A stretch of DNA of 63,536 bases, counting the filler, from Octopus bimaculoides (lineage: Eukaryota): the NCBI RefSeq assembly GCF_001194135.2. It is 5 parts of 5 records of this genome, joined end to end, with 100 filler letters (N's around TTAATTAATTAA, not from the genome) between each part and the next. Parts side by side here need not be neighbours in the genome. Positions count along the whole stretch, not along the records: positions 1 to 22,652 come from NC_068992.1; 4 more parts are not named here. One strand, given 5' to 3'. Under the pieces are notes generated by a model. It searched no databases, was not told where the DNA came from, and saw only the letters and a program-made list of their open reading frames with translations. The position numbers and the translations under genes were made by a program. Of the stretch, positions 1 to 12,780 are shown piece after piece (the first letter of the stretch is position 1; every line of letters starts with the position of its first letter).

Positions 1-394
1 TATATATATATATACATATTCATCTCCATGCACATAGATTTTTATTCCTATGTATAGAAGATTAACAAATATACTCATGTATGTATGTGAGTGCTTGTGT
101 GTGTGCTTGAACATGTGGCGATTAGCAATATCATTAAACATGTATATACGTTATTCTGTAGTGATTTTTTGTAAACTAGAGATTGGGACTCGATGCCTGA
201 ACAAATTTCTTGTTTTATTTTTTCGTTGCAAACAATATTGTAGTTCTTTATAAAACATTACACATGTATGTACAAACACTTACTGTGTCGTTTACATGTA
301 TAAAGATTAGATGTTTGTGCCTATCTGTGCATATTATAAAATGGCGCTTATGTATATGTAAGTCTTCAAAATTTGAATATGTCTGTTTTTACAG

Positions 395-444
395 CGCTGA
401 AACCTCTGTGCATACGTTCCGAAAATGCCGGGGAGATTTAATAG
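395..444 (+). other. weak candidate internal exon (AETSVHTFRKCRGDLI)
   Basis: tctgtttttacag acceptor, ag/gtatgc donor, open frame; no recognisable homology. Confidence 0.12.
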
Positions 445-2935
445 GTATGCCAAAAATCTTCTCTTTAAGTCTATAATGTACACAGGTCAGGTTTAAATAT
501 TTGCCCATTTCGTTCTCGAGAGCATTCATGAGAAAATAACGTGTGTCTCTGCGTAATGACTGTAATTTATAAAGTCTTCCATACATTTCAAAGATAAAAA
601 TCATACATATAAAATGAAATGGTTGCCGTGACATACAGACTACAAACGATGAAATTGGGAGGTAGCGTTGTATATGGGAATAAAATCGGCGAAACCCGAG
701 TTACTCTTAAATGCATAGTAATTAGAAGTCTTAATTGTGAAGGCAATAGTTTCGATTATATTCTTAGTTATAACATTTTGGCTAGATTTCGTCAGATTAG
801 TTGACGTATACATCAGTTTTAATGACTTCACTTGTTGGTGTGAATTTACATATAGTTAATGGTGAGTGATGGAATTGGAATAATTGCTCTTCATAGTTAA
901 ATATTTAATGCATTGTTTTCAGATATGTGCTAATGAGGTATATAGGGTGTTCATGTATATCACAATATTCCTGAAATGCACATATAAGTACATTGACACA
1001 TAGATATACATACGCTGATATATACATATCATACGTATAGATAAATGCTAGTATATATATATATATATATATATNNNNNNNNNNNNNNNNNNNNNNNNNN
1101 NNNNNNNNNNNNNNNNNNNNNNNNNNNNNNNNNNNNNNNNNNNNNNNNNNNNNNNNNNNNNNNNNNNNNNNNNNNNNNNNNNNNNNNNNNNNNNNNNNNN
1201 NNNNNNNNNNNNNNNNNNNNNNNNNNNNNNNNNNNNNNNNNNNNNNNNNNNNNNNNNNNNNNNNNNNNNTATATATATATATGCGTGTGTGTGTGTGTGT
1301 GTGTGTTTGTGTGTATATATATATGTATGTATGTACATATATATGTATATTTATATACATATATGTGTGTTTTTGTCTGTGTGTATGTTTGCATGTTTGT
1401 ATGGATCTGTACTGTTGTATTAGACTTTTGCTCAAAGATTAGAGACTGAAAACCAAACGTAACTCGGGAAAATAATATTGAAATTCGATCACGAATATAA
1501 TGGTTTTTAAAGACAAAGTTTCATCGCCGACACAGAAGCTCATATTACATTTAAGTTTGCATTTCACAACTGAATTTGGTTGCGCATACGAATTATGAGA
1601 AAGTTATTTTTATAATATATGTAACAGAATATAAATATGTGTGCACGTGTATATTTCTGTGTAAGTATGTGTATGTGGCTATGCCTATATATGTACGATG
1701 TTTTGTGCCTCTGCATCTGTCTATACTCTGTGTTCTTTCATCTGAAATATATTTTAAATAATACAGACGAGATTAAATCAAATTATTGGAGTCGTTAGAT
1801 TGTTGATACGAGATAATCATTTGACACTTGCATCAGATAGATCTAACAATGATTTCTGGAAGGGTATTTGCAAGTCTCAAAGTGTACAAGCTAGTGATGC
1901 GAAGAATTCAATGAAAGACAAAAAAATTATTCATTGCGGCGAATCTGGGATGGACCGGCAGTTAATGTACAATATAAGACAATATTGGTATAAGCATAAT
2001 TTATCACACCGATCTTGCTTTCACTTACTTGCTTTCACTCACTTTCTACTATACATAAAAATATACTATAAGATAATGTTGACAACAGCGTAGATTCACA
2101 TATGATACCATACCCTGAAACTATATCTACATACTTTCCGCTCAAGAAATACGTTTTCATAAAATAATATCCGACGAAGACATAGTGGTTTTTGAGGTGT
2201 ACGGCAGCTAACTTCTACTCTTACTGTCCCAGTTGTTTTGAGTAAAATAAATCGTATTCGCGTGGATATCTATACACTTGTGTTCGAATACCGGTTCATA
2301 TGCAGTGCGCACCAACTGCAACGCTGTATATAATATAATATATTGTATACGTATCTTTCAATTCCTATGCACAGATCCCCAGGCATCCGTACACTAATAT
2401 ACTTCATAATCTACGTTATAGAATGGTGTAATATAAACATCAGCAGACATATTGAAATCGAATGGATACTATGCTAAAACAAGTGCATATTATAACACCT
2501 ATATTGTATGTAAATTTAATCAGAAACAGGCACCCGTTTGACAATATTCTAAGTATTAAATGCAAGTAAACTAAGGCTAATGGCACATACGATTAAAATA
2601 CAGAATGAGTCAAATTTTAATTAACATCTAGGAACGGCTACGATTAACATACAAAAATTTACTGGAAAAAATGAGCATTGCTAGAGATGTAGCACGTTCA
2701 AATATTTGTCGTTACGCAATTTGATGATGACTATATATTACATCTCACAATGTGTTACTAATCTATGAGAATTTATTGTAGGGTCACTCTCTTGAAATGC
2801 CTCAATGTCGTCATCGTTGGCTATAACTATAAAGTAACTATAAAGTAACAGGAATGTGTCGCAAAAAAGCATAATTTTAACCTGATTATGATAAAATGAT
2901 GGAAGTTATGTATTTGTGTGTACGTATAGATATAT

Positions 2936-2970
<35 letters not shown>

Positions 2971-3734
2971 NNNNNNNNNNTATATTGGTTCTGGATCTTG
3001 ATTGCTCAAGCAGCAACCGAAGAACGAGAAAGTGAAAAAAAGAAAGAGTAGGAAACGAAGAGAAACAAAAAGAACGAAAAGAAAAAGGTGGGGTGATATG
3101 ACAGTAGTAGGCTATTCGTGGAATCTTCCTGAATGGTCAAGTAATCTAAAAGTGACCTGCTTTGGTTGTAGCAGTAGTGACTTTCCTGAATATATCGTTT
3201 TTACTATTTGCATGAGTATCGTTCGAAGATCCTTTTAGTAGCGTCATCTGTGGCGAAACCATTCGAACGGGGTTTATAGTTTTGCAATAAAATATAAAAT
3301 AAAATATAATTCTTTGCTAATGCGCTGATTATAGGTTTCATTGTACCTGAATTTATACAGGGGAAACATTCTGAACCTCTATTGTTCGTTGGTGGCGCAA
3401 ATGTCCATGTGTTGGCTTAATGCAATTTTTCTGTATTACCGAATTTTAATCCGCGATCTATGTACGGTCATCTTCTGGCGTAGACTGTTTTTAGTTTAGC
3501 TTCTGTATTGCTCTTGACATCCTGAGGAATTTAAGACATAATAGTGTTTCCGAACCACATGTGAAGTTGTTTTTCACTGCAAAACGTTGACTCTGTTTGA
3601 AAAATAAATCCGAACGCTCAATTAGGTTGGCGCATATCGCAATATTTTACTGACGGTTTCAATGTCGTTAACGAGTGTACTGGGACTTGTGTTAGAAGAT
3701 TATACATACGTATACATAGATATGTATGTATATA

Positions 3735-3896
3735 GGTGCAGGAGCTGGTGTGTGGTAAGAAACTTGCTTCCTAACCACATGGTTCTGGGTTCATCCCCTG
3801 CGTGGTACCTTGGGCAAGTCTTTTCTACCATTGCCACAGGCCGACCAAAGCCTTGTGAGTGGATATGGTAGATGGAAACTGAAAGAAACCCGTCGT
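3735..3896 (+). mobile_element. tRNA-derived SINE family A, 5' half (CORE-like accttgggcaagt)
   Basis: Aligns by eye with copies at 34940-35190 and 52390-52775; Pol III box-like head. Confidence 0.85.
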
Positions 3897-5588
3897 TGGC
3901 CCTCTAATTGTTGAAAATAGCACTCTCCAAGATAATGCCAAAACCATGCTCGTTGTTTAGCAATCCTGATATTGCCGATGTTGACTGGTTCAATGATGTT
4001 AATCCTGCACACACTATATCGGACGTAACGTTTGGCGCCGCGCGTATCTTAGCGGCAATAAACGAAATTAAACACAATTCACCAGTAGGCCATGATAGGT
4101 TCCCTGCTTGTGTCCTGAAGGTGTGTCAACACCAACTTGCATCTCATCTTGCTAACCTGCGGATGATCTCACTGGATGCTGGTTATATTAACGAAAATGT
4201 TCTGTCCCAATCTGTTGTCCCCGTTTTGACAAAGAGAAACATGTCCCTTGCAGTGAACTACCAGCCGATCGCGCTGACTTCTCATATCATCATGGTATTC
4301 AAGTAACTCACTCTATTGAAAGCAACAGACTGTTGAAATCCAACCAACATGGGATCCGTAATGGAAAGAACTGCCTAATGCAGCTCCTGCATCATCTTGG
4401 TGACATTTTGAGAGCTTTCGAAGAGGGCTCGAATACCGGTGTCATCTACCTTGATTTCAGCAAGGCTTTTGACAGCGTGGATCGTATGATCCTCATGAAA
4501 AAACTATCTGACATCGGTATCTCTGGAGAGTTACTACAATGGATCGAGTATTTCCTGACAAACAGAACCCAACGCATTGTAGTCGAAGTAGTACAATGAA
4601 GCCCAGCCAATGTCAAAAGTGTTCTTCCTCAAGGCACTGTGTTGGACCCACTTCTTTCCATCATCTACATCAATGACATTACTGGCATCATAAAGCACAG
4701 TAACATAAAATTTTTTGCAGATGATTCCATGATCCAGAAGATCATTAATGTAATGGGTGACTGGGAATGTCTTCAGTCAGATCTATTGGCTGTAATCCAA
4801 TGGGAGGAAAAGAATTATATGCTGCTGAACGAGGACAAATTTGAATTTATCTACTTCAGGAAAGAGGATATTGTGAAATTCCCATACACCCTTCCTTCAG
4901 GTGAAACACTCATGGCATCCAACAACACCAGAGACTCGGGAGTGATTGTGGACAACAGCATAAGCTGGGCCGCTCATATAAACAGCAAAGTTGACACGGC
5001 CCGCAGAATGTGTTCCTGGATTCTCAGAACCTTCCAGTCGTGAGATATCCAGACCATTATCGTTCTCTTCACTTCAAAAAAAAAAAAACATAGATGGCAT
5101 GACATGTCTTGACTATTGGGGTCGACTAGAAAAGATGAAGATCTATTCTCTCCAACACCGCTGTGAGCCCTACATCGTCTGCATGATGTGGAAAATATTC
5201 CATCAGCATTGCCCCAGTGGAGTTGGTAGCGCCTTTAATATAAACCCAAGACTTGTACCTTGTGCTATCCGCCTACAATAAAAATCATATTCGCATCACA
5301 TAACAACAATACTGCACAACTATTTCACCTCGATTCGCTCCGCTCTCTTTGACATTAAACCAAAGCACATTAAAGAAGAGACAGCCCTCATAAAGTTCAA
5401 AAAGTTTCTGGACAAATTCCCTCAAAAAATCTCATATAAACCTCCTACACCCGGATATGCCTCCCTAAACAATAACGCTCTACTTGAGTGGGTCAGGTTG
5501 TCCGATTCCTGACTTAAATAACTTTGCTAGGTGATACTATTAAGTTACACACGACCTCGGCCAATACTGATCGAAACCTATCAAAGTA
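3897..5588 (+). mobile_element. 5'-truncated, decayed CR1-group LINE (RT and C-terminal region)
   Basis: NYQPIALTSHI, NQHGIRNGKNCLMQLL, VIYLDFSKAFDSVD, PQGTVLDPLL, IYINDI, FFADDS, ARRMCSWILRTF; stops, frameshifts, internal deletion near 5070. Confidence 0.9.
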
Positions 5589-5757
5589 TACATATATTTG
5601 TATGTGTGTTTGTGTGTCTGTGCTTTACTTCCCCGTAACCTAGCAGCAAAACAGACTGATAGAATAAGTCCTGGGGTCGGTTTGTTTGACTAAAGGCGGT
5701 GCTCCAGCATGGCCGCAATCAAATGACGGAACCAAATGGAAGTGTAGAAGCGAAGAG
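5589..5757 (+). mobile_element. SINE family A, 3' half
   Basis: ccccgtaacctagc...cctggggtcgg...ggcggtgctccagcatggccgcaatcaaatgac matches the 3' part of the minus copies at 52390 and 56900. Confidence 0.8.
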
Positions 5758-7170
5758 TATGTATATGTATGAGCACACTCACATACAGACAAACATACAC
5801 TGACATACACACATACGCTTTCTCAAACCAAATTACTCTAATATCATGAATTGAAAACACAAAGCAAAAATGTAAATTGCTTCAAACAGCAAGATGACAA
5901 GAAGAGAGTATATGACATAAACAAACTATAACTGCTCCCCTTCAGTTGCTGAGTCACTACACATAATATCAGAAATAGATTTTACTTAAATTAATGCCCT
6001 GCAGACAGGGTTTTGTTTCAGTGCCAAGCAATAGAAATTTAGGAAAGGAAATGAAGTTAGAAAGTGAAGTCTGATAAAAAAAAAGAAGATAAAAATGTTT
6101 TATTAGCTAGACAAAAGCTTTTGACAATACCGCCAGCTAATTTGCCGACTATTTTTCTAGATAGATCTGGATGACTACCAAATACCGTTTTCATTGTCTT
6201 CGTATTAGGGAATATAGATGTTTCTCTTGGGGAACATGTATATTACTTATGTGATCAATTTACGCTTGTATTGCTACGTGGCTACGATAAATGTATACTT
6301 GGCCTAATTTATGCATTAAAAATGTCATATAAACCAATAATAACACCATTCATAGTAATAATGACAATCAATGAAATATAATTAGAGAATTATTAAGATT
6401 TATAACTACATATATTTATGTTTATAGATATTAATATACGAAAATTCATATAAGGCTTTTTGTGATCATTTACAATACGGTAAAATAGCATTAATATCGG
6501 AAGAAGAATAAAAGGAATGGGTGGAAGACAAAAAGCAGAAGAAAGATGAAGGGTAGGAAGATAAGGAAGGTGAAAAAGAAAACAGGCAGACGAAGAAGAA
6601 GAGGAGTAAGAAGAAGAACAAAAACAAGAACAAGAATAAAGGGGGAGGAGGAGGAGNNNNNNNNNNNNNNNNNNNNNNNNNNNNNNNNNNNNNNNNNNNN
6701 NNNNNNNNNNNNNNNNNNNNNNNNNNNNNNNNNNNNNNNNNNNNNNNNNNNNNNNNNNNNNNNNNNNNNNNNNNNNNNNNNNNNNNNNNNNNNNNNNNNN
6801 NNNNNNAGGAAGAGGAGGAGGAGGAGATGGGTGCTTTTTATCAAACGTATCAGTTTCACAATATTGTCAAGGAATATTCACAATGACACCATATGGTTTT
6901 GAAAAAGAAACGTGTAATTATGAAAGGTAACTACATAACACACTAATATTTTAACAAAACATAATTCTCCCATAGTTGTTATACTTGCAAGGATTACATA
7001 GAAATTCCACCAAATCACTGCAGTCATGATCACAATGAATATCATCCCTATCCTCATCATTTCCGTCCAATAAAACTTGTCTTTCTCAATAGCAGCATAG
7101 ATTTGTCTGCCATGAACGTCATTGCAAATCACCTTTTAGTTATATTGCTGTGGTCCGCGTTGCCCACCCC

Positions 7171-7202
7171 AAATTAAATTTCCTTTAAAGGAAATTTAAT
7201 TT
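7171..7202. repeat. perfect 32-bp palindrome
   Basis: aaattaaatttccttt followed immediately by its reverse complement aaaggaaatttaattt. Confidence 0.95.
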
Positions 7203-7219
7203 CTCTAAAGAGGACTGCA

Positions 7220-8800
7220 TCTGTCTGAGGTTTTTCCAAACTTGTCGTATTCGGCCAACCTCTTTCATTATGTCTACCATACATATAAATCTACCGGCAC
7301 ATTCTGGCCAATGGGAAGCGGTAGTGAAGGATTACTGTGGAATAAACTGGTATCAGGTTCAGTCCTACTCATGATAACAGTTGCTCAAATCTCAATTTTC
7401 TGCGATGATAGGTACTGTGCGAGTGGGTACATAATAGCATGTTTGTCATACTTGCATTCAAGACAGGCCCGGATGACAGCATTTCTGTGTTTGTTCAGAT
7501 ATTTTGTATCTAATCAAGCTCCTGGCAGAGTGCCTGGTCAGATATTTTGAGTAGATACACATCGACCTCAGAACTGCATCGCTCCCGAAATGAACACGAA
7601 GCGAAATTTCGTGGAAGAACATCAGTACATTTTCTCGTTACACACCTACCCGAAATCACATACATAGAACTTTTCTCTATTTCACAGCGTGGATCATACT
7701 AAGCTGTAATCACATGACAATATTTAAGATCCAAGGCCCTCTATCTTGACGTTTGTGTGACTAAAGACCAATAGGAATATGTACATCTAACAAACGACGG
7801 CTACAATTGTTCAACGCGAAGAATCACTGACAATGTCGTTGTGCCAGCACCTACCAACTCATCGTCAATCAAGATATGCCCAAATTCTGCACCCACCATG
7901 TTTGACAAGAAAAATGGGCGTGTAGCTAATGGAAACCACCCCTTCCTGAAAAGTCGGGATGCTATCACATTTCACTTGATTGCAAATTGGGCACTACTGC
8001 ATGGAGGTAATATTTAACGATGTTGGGCTTCGACCTTTATACCTACTAGTAATTTGTTCCGTTCCATTTGGCTCGGACTGGCCAGTTTGCTGATCTGTTT
8101 CTTCCAGTTCTTATCTATCTTGAAACTGAAGTGAAACCAAAAAAATACCAGAATGTTGTTGACATGAGCCGAGTAATTCTGGTGCCTAGCTGAAGAACAA
8201 CCAAGTTTGCTCCTTGATTTTGGTTACTGTTGACGCCATGTCCTCTCTTAAAGCATACAATTTAATTAGGGTCTAGTATCCACGGAAAACAAATTAAAAC
8301 TTTTTGGCAAGTTTCGCCAGGTAACGTCCTTTCTACTTTTGTGACATATAATCACACTCCATAGCACTAATATCGAAACCTTCTTGTATCTCACGTTGAA
8401 AATGCTCGCAAACATTGAAGTCATTCCTGGGCGCAAATTTCATTTTTCCAACTAAGTCTTCTCGCTAACTTCATTTTCCCTATCCCTTACCTCCATGGTA
8501 AATATTTTTTTCTTTGGAACCACTTTTTGCTGATGTTGATTTCGGCCATTAGCACCTGCTTATCTAATGCAATATTTCGGATAACATCCTAAACTCTTTG
8601 CGTCGTGAATGAGTTTAATTTTGGGCACTGGCTTTTGCATACGAAGCCTATGTAACTCGGCCGTACAGCCCAAAAATCTGTGAAATGAAGAGTCGAGGTC
8701 ATTAATTTTTGGAAATCCTACGCTATTTCTATCTTCTACCTTTCAGACGCCTCAGTACTATAGAGATGATTCGATGTATTTTACCCATGTTCAAAATTAT
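7220..8800 (-). mobile_element. heavily decayed coding-like element, possibly a LINE C-terminal region
   Basis: Complex, non-microsatellite sequence; minus-strand peptides such as DYSLV*STL and VIRACLECKYDKH loosely resemble LINE C-termini; no diagnostic motif. Confidence 0.25.
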
Positions 8801-8950
8801 GCATATTTGAAATCAAATTGATACTTGGCAAGAATACACAAAAGTCTGAGCAATTTTGTGAGTCTCTTGCGACTCTTTCGTCACTCAGCCAACTCCACAC
8901 CGTCCCAGCATACATTCAAGATAAAATTCCATTTTCCCCACTAGCTCTAA

Positions 8951-8996
<46 letters not shown>

Positions 8997-10299
8997 CGTG
9001 CGTGTATGTGTGTGTGTGTGTGTGTGTGCCGTTCAACGCCAAACCCTAGATGCCTAACAATAATGCCGTTCCCTTGCCTGTTGGTGAGTAAAAGGCTACT
9101 AGCTTGAATATATTACTTTTACTGACGGCCACATTCACCTGTGTTTCATATTTTAGGATGCAAAATAAGAAGCTCCCAGTTTGTCTCTTCTCATCAGGCA
9201 TGACAAACATCACCAACTTTTATTTCTGTTAGCACATTCATTTACGAGACTGTCGGAATTTGTTCGTATATGATGGAAATTGGCTGAATACCTGACTTTT
9301 GGCTTAAACTCTGAAATGCTTACTTACCTCGAATTCAGATAGAAAATTTAACATAAATTTAGCCGAATTGTTTGCATGGCATTATGAATGCGTGTATTTC
9401 CATGTGAGCCATAGATGCTGTTCCGAGAGACCTTGCTATTGTCATTTAACTCTCGGATTCGTAGCGTTTAGTCAACGTGTTTCGACTGGAACAAATGATG
9501 CTTTCCTTCTTTAATTATATTTCACAACAAATCAATGTAATTCAGTCATCTGAGCTGTTATTACCCGATACGCTTGCTTTAAACTACAGCTATATTTTTT
9601 TTATGTATGTGGTGTTGCTAATGTTACTCTACATGGTTAAGATGGCTCTGGTGCCTTTCGTGGAAATAACAGTCATAGTAGTGGTATTAGTTATTAAACT
9701 ATGTTTGTATTGGGGTGGGGGCTGTTTTGGAATGATTAGCGTTGGCAGTGGTAATGAAGCTGTTATAGCTGCAGGATATTTAATTGACGTGATAGTGGTG
9801 CTCTTTATTAGTGTTTGTTTTGTGTTTGTATGATGTTTCTTCATCTGTTGATTTTGCTAGAAGTTTTATTGTTACCTCTGTTGTCACGTGTTTCGTGGCA
9901 GCTGTGACGTTGTTGGTATATGTTCAGTTATTTGTTGTTGTTGTCGTTGTTATTGCACTGTTCCTCGTTCGCTTATCGTCAATGTAATTGGACTTAGCTG
10001 TGTTAGCACTTTAGCTTACAGATATTCACATCTGGATGGATGATCCAACATTACCGTTAAAAACACAGCTTGCATATCACAGGCATTGTGTTGAAAATTA
10101 GAGAAACTTGTTTTGACTTTTCGTTAACGAATAAATTATTTTACAATGGAATCCTCCCTTAAGGTACACAACAAAACAGAACATACTCTTCTTCAGGATT
10201 ACAGTGACCTCACAACGAAACCAATATCTGCCACATGGGTTTCATTCATGTTTGAGCATGCGCATATGGTTATTTATGGCGATCTATACATTTTTGACG

Positions 10300-11040
10300 T
10301 CAAACGAAAATTATACTTTATTTAAAACAGGACATTTCCAATGCAGCATTGGAATACTACCGTAACCTCTATCAAACCAAAGTTAATACAGAGTAAACTA
10401 CTCTAGTATAGTCATCTACACATCATCAATGTGAGTCCCAATATAGCTACAGTGTAGCTAAAAACTCGTAGCTAACAAGTTCCTATATTCACAAAGATAT
10501 GCGAAGATCTTTCATAGAAACGCGATTAATATTCGCTATTGTTGTCTCCGAACATAAGATCAAGGATTTTCAATCGCAAGAATAATAACATCGTTAGAAA
10601 TAGCTGCCAAAAATCGTGTAATTATACATAAATGTCCATTGAACAATAGGTGCTTGGAAAATGAATAAATGTACAATGCCAGCATTAGAAACGTGAGCGT
10701 AATAACAAACAGTTACAATGGAATGGCGTGATATACTTTCGAGTATAGATAAACGGTACAATTGTCCTCATTCAGCAGGAAACTCAGAAGACAAAAAACA
10801 TATCGAATATTGTGAAGGCGCTTGAGACGAGTAATAGATAAACACGATACAAACTGGAGCATGATAAATAAGCAAATATAGGCGACAGATCATCGAATGG
10901 GACTTTCGTATCTCTCAAATATTAGATATAGCTTTAACATGGAACATCTTATAAATGAAGGAAGAAAACAACTCCACTTGCATGCACAAGAAACAACTTA
11001 TACATTTCGTGCATAAGCCCCACCACTACTCTAGCATGCC
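10300..11040 (+). mobile_element. decayed PLE (Penelope/Poseidon-type RT C-terminus, Cys linker, GIY-YIG)
   Basis: KIFHRNAINIRYCC (cf. KIFNRNTVKISYSC), CPLNNRCLENE*MYNASI, SYNGMA*YTFEYR, NWSMINK. Confidence 0.6.
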
Positions 11041-11619
11041 TCCAACCGAAGTAAGTCTTTGAATATCGATTATATGAATATTATACGTGAAAAACATATA
11101 CTGCCAAATGGTATATTTCCTGAATACACAGATTTACATGGATATTCATGATGACACATATTTCAAACCTAAAGAAAATGCAGATATGTGCGCGTAAATA
11201 TATATACATTTATACATATATACGTGCACACACACGCACGAACGCGCATGCATACACACAGGCACACACACGCACGAACGCGCATGCATACACACAGGCA
11301 CACATACAAATGTATACATTTACATATACACGTTATTTATGTATTAAGGTTCGAAGCACAGGAATTCACGATAATGTCTCACCAGAAGTTTTTATAAACA
11401 AAACAAGAAATCAATGGGAGCAACATTTGAACAACTGCGTATGGCTGATCTTCTCTCATGGACATAAATTTGTCAAGACATTTTGCTACAGGATAACTTT
11501 GTTTCTATTATATTATATCCTGAGTATGTGTAATGTTCGTATGTTTGTGTGCTGAGGAAATGTGTCTTGTATGTGTGGAATTCTTATGATTTAATGTTCA
11601 CGTTTAGGATGTGGGAGTA

Positions 11620-12010
11620 GGTGGTGCTTCCTATTTCAAATGTCGGAGTGTGAAGTATTGCGTGTTCATGCAATAAGAGAAGGTTTAATCCTTAACGTTA
11701 TCTTTCGATTGGATGATGTTTAGCTCTCCAGTAATGCAAAACTCAGATATAGTACCTCGTCCCCTGTAGTGTTTTGCTTTATCAATAATGCTCCATGTTA
11801 TCTCAGAGCTGCATACTCCTCCTTCTTTCAGTGTCCACTTCATATTTGTTAGGGATGTCGCATGCCTATTATTTATGTCATTGAATGACGTCAGATGTGT
11901 GTATCTTCTCTGAATGAATTGACCGTCACTCCGATATATGTCTTTGTTACACCATTGGAATCTATGACTTTGGACTTGTATAAAGTTCTACTTCTCTGCA
12001 GTTATTTACA
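11620..12010 (-). mobile_element. decayed PLE GIY-YIG endonuclease
   Basis: LYKSKVIDSNGVTKTYIGVTVNSF, RRYTHLTSFNDINNRHATSL..KWTLKE, EITWSIIDKAKHYRGRGT..FCITGELNII across frameshifts. Confidence 0.7.
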
Positions 12011-12468
12011 GGAAAGTAGTTCAGAGATCTAAAGTTACAGAATGTATCATCGGCATATATCTGATGGTGTTATTTTTATTGTGATTGAGTATTATCGACC
12101 CTATATTAATGGAGTACGTTACAGCTATAGTAGCTACAGACACGAATGGAGAGTACGAAATTGACATGGCTACGCGTTTTACGATAAGGACAATATTTTC
12201 ACCATGTTAATTGAAGTGAAATTCTTTTTAGAAGTTGCAGTATATCCTAAATATTTTTTAGTTAATCTACTTTTCATGTGTTGCTTATCATTGCTTAGCA
12301 ATGGAAGAGATTTGGCAAACAACGCAAAACAAATTACTTATTTCGATATCTAACCAATTGGTAAAAAAGGAAAGGAGTGGAATCCAATCAAAGTGTGTGT
12401 TAATTATATTTGTTTCAACACACGCTTACACAAACGAAGTATATCTATCTAACTACCTATATATCTAC

Positions 12469-12524
<56 letters not shown>

Positions 12525-12696
12525 TTATCTATCTCTATATATATATATAAACAATAATAATAAATGGCGCAAAACGCATATAATCAATAAGTTCCTTTAA
12601 TTCCTACATATGTTTAAAAAATTATGTGCACACTACTCCGAAGATGTAAGAGGTGCTGGAATATGCGCATAAATTCATCGTCAGAGCACCATATCT

Positions 12697-12749
12697 CAAA
12701 TGCAAGCCTTGCGTTAAATGCTGAGCATTTAACGCAAGGCTTGTATTTG
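12697..12749. repeat. hairpin with 25-bp arms (1 mismatch) and 3-nt loop
   Basis: caaatgcaagccttgcgttaaatgc-tga-gcatttaacgcaaggcttgtatttg. Confidence 0.95.
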
Positions 12750-12780
12750 ATATATATAAATATATATATATATATTTCCT

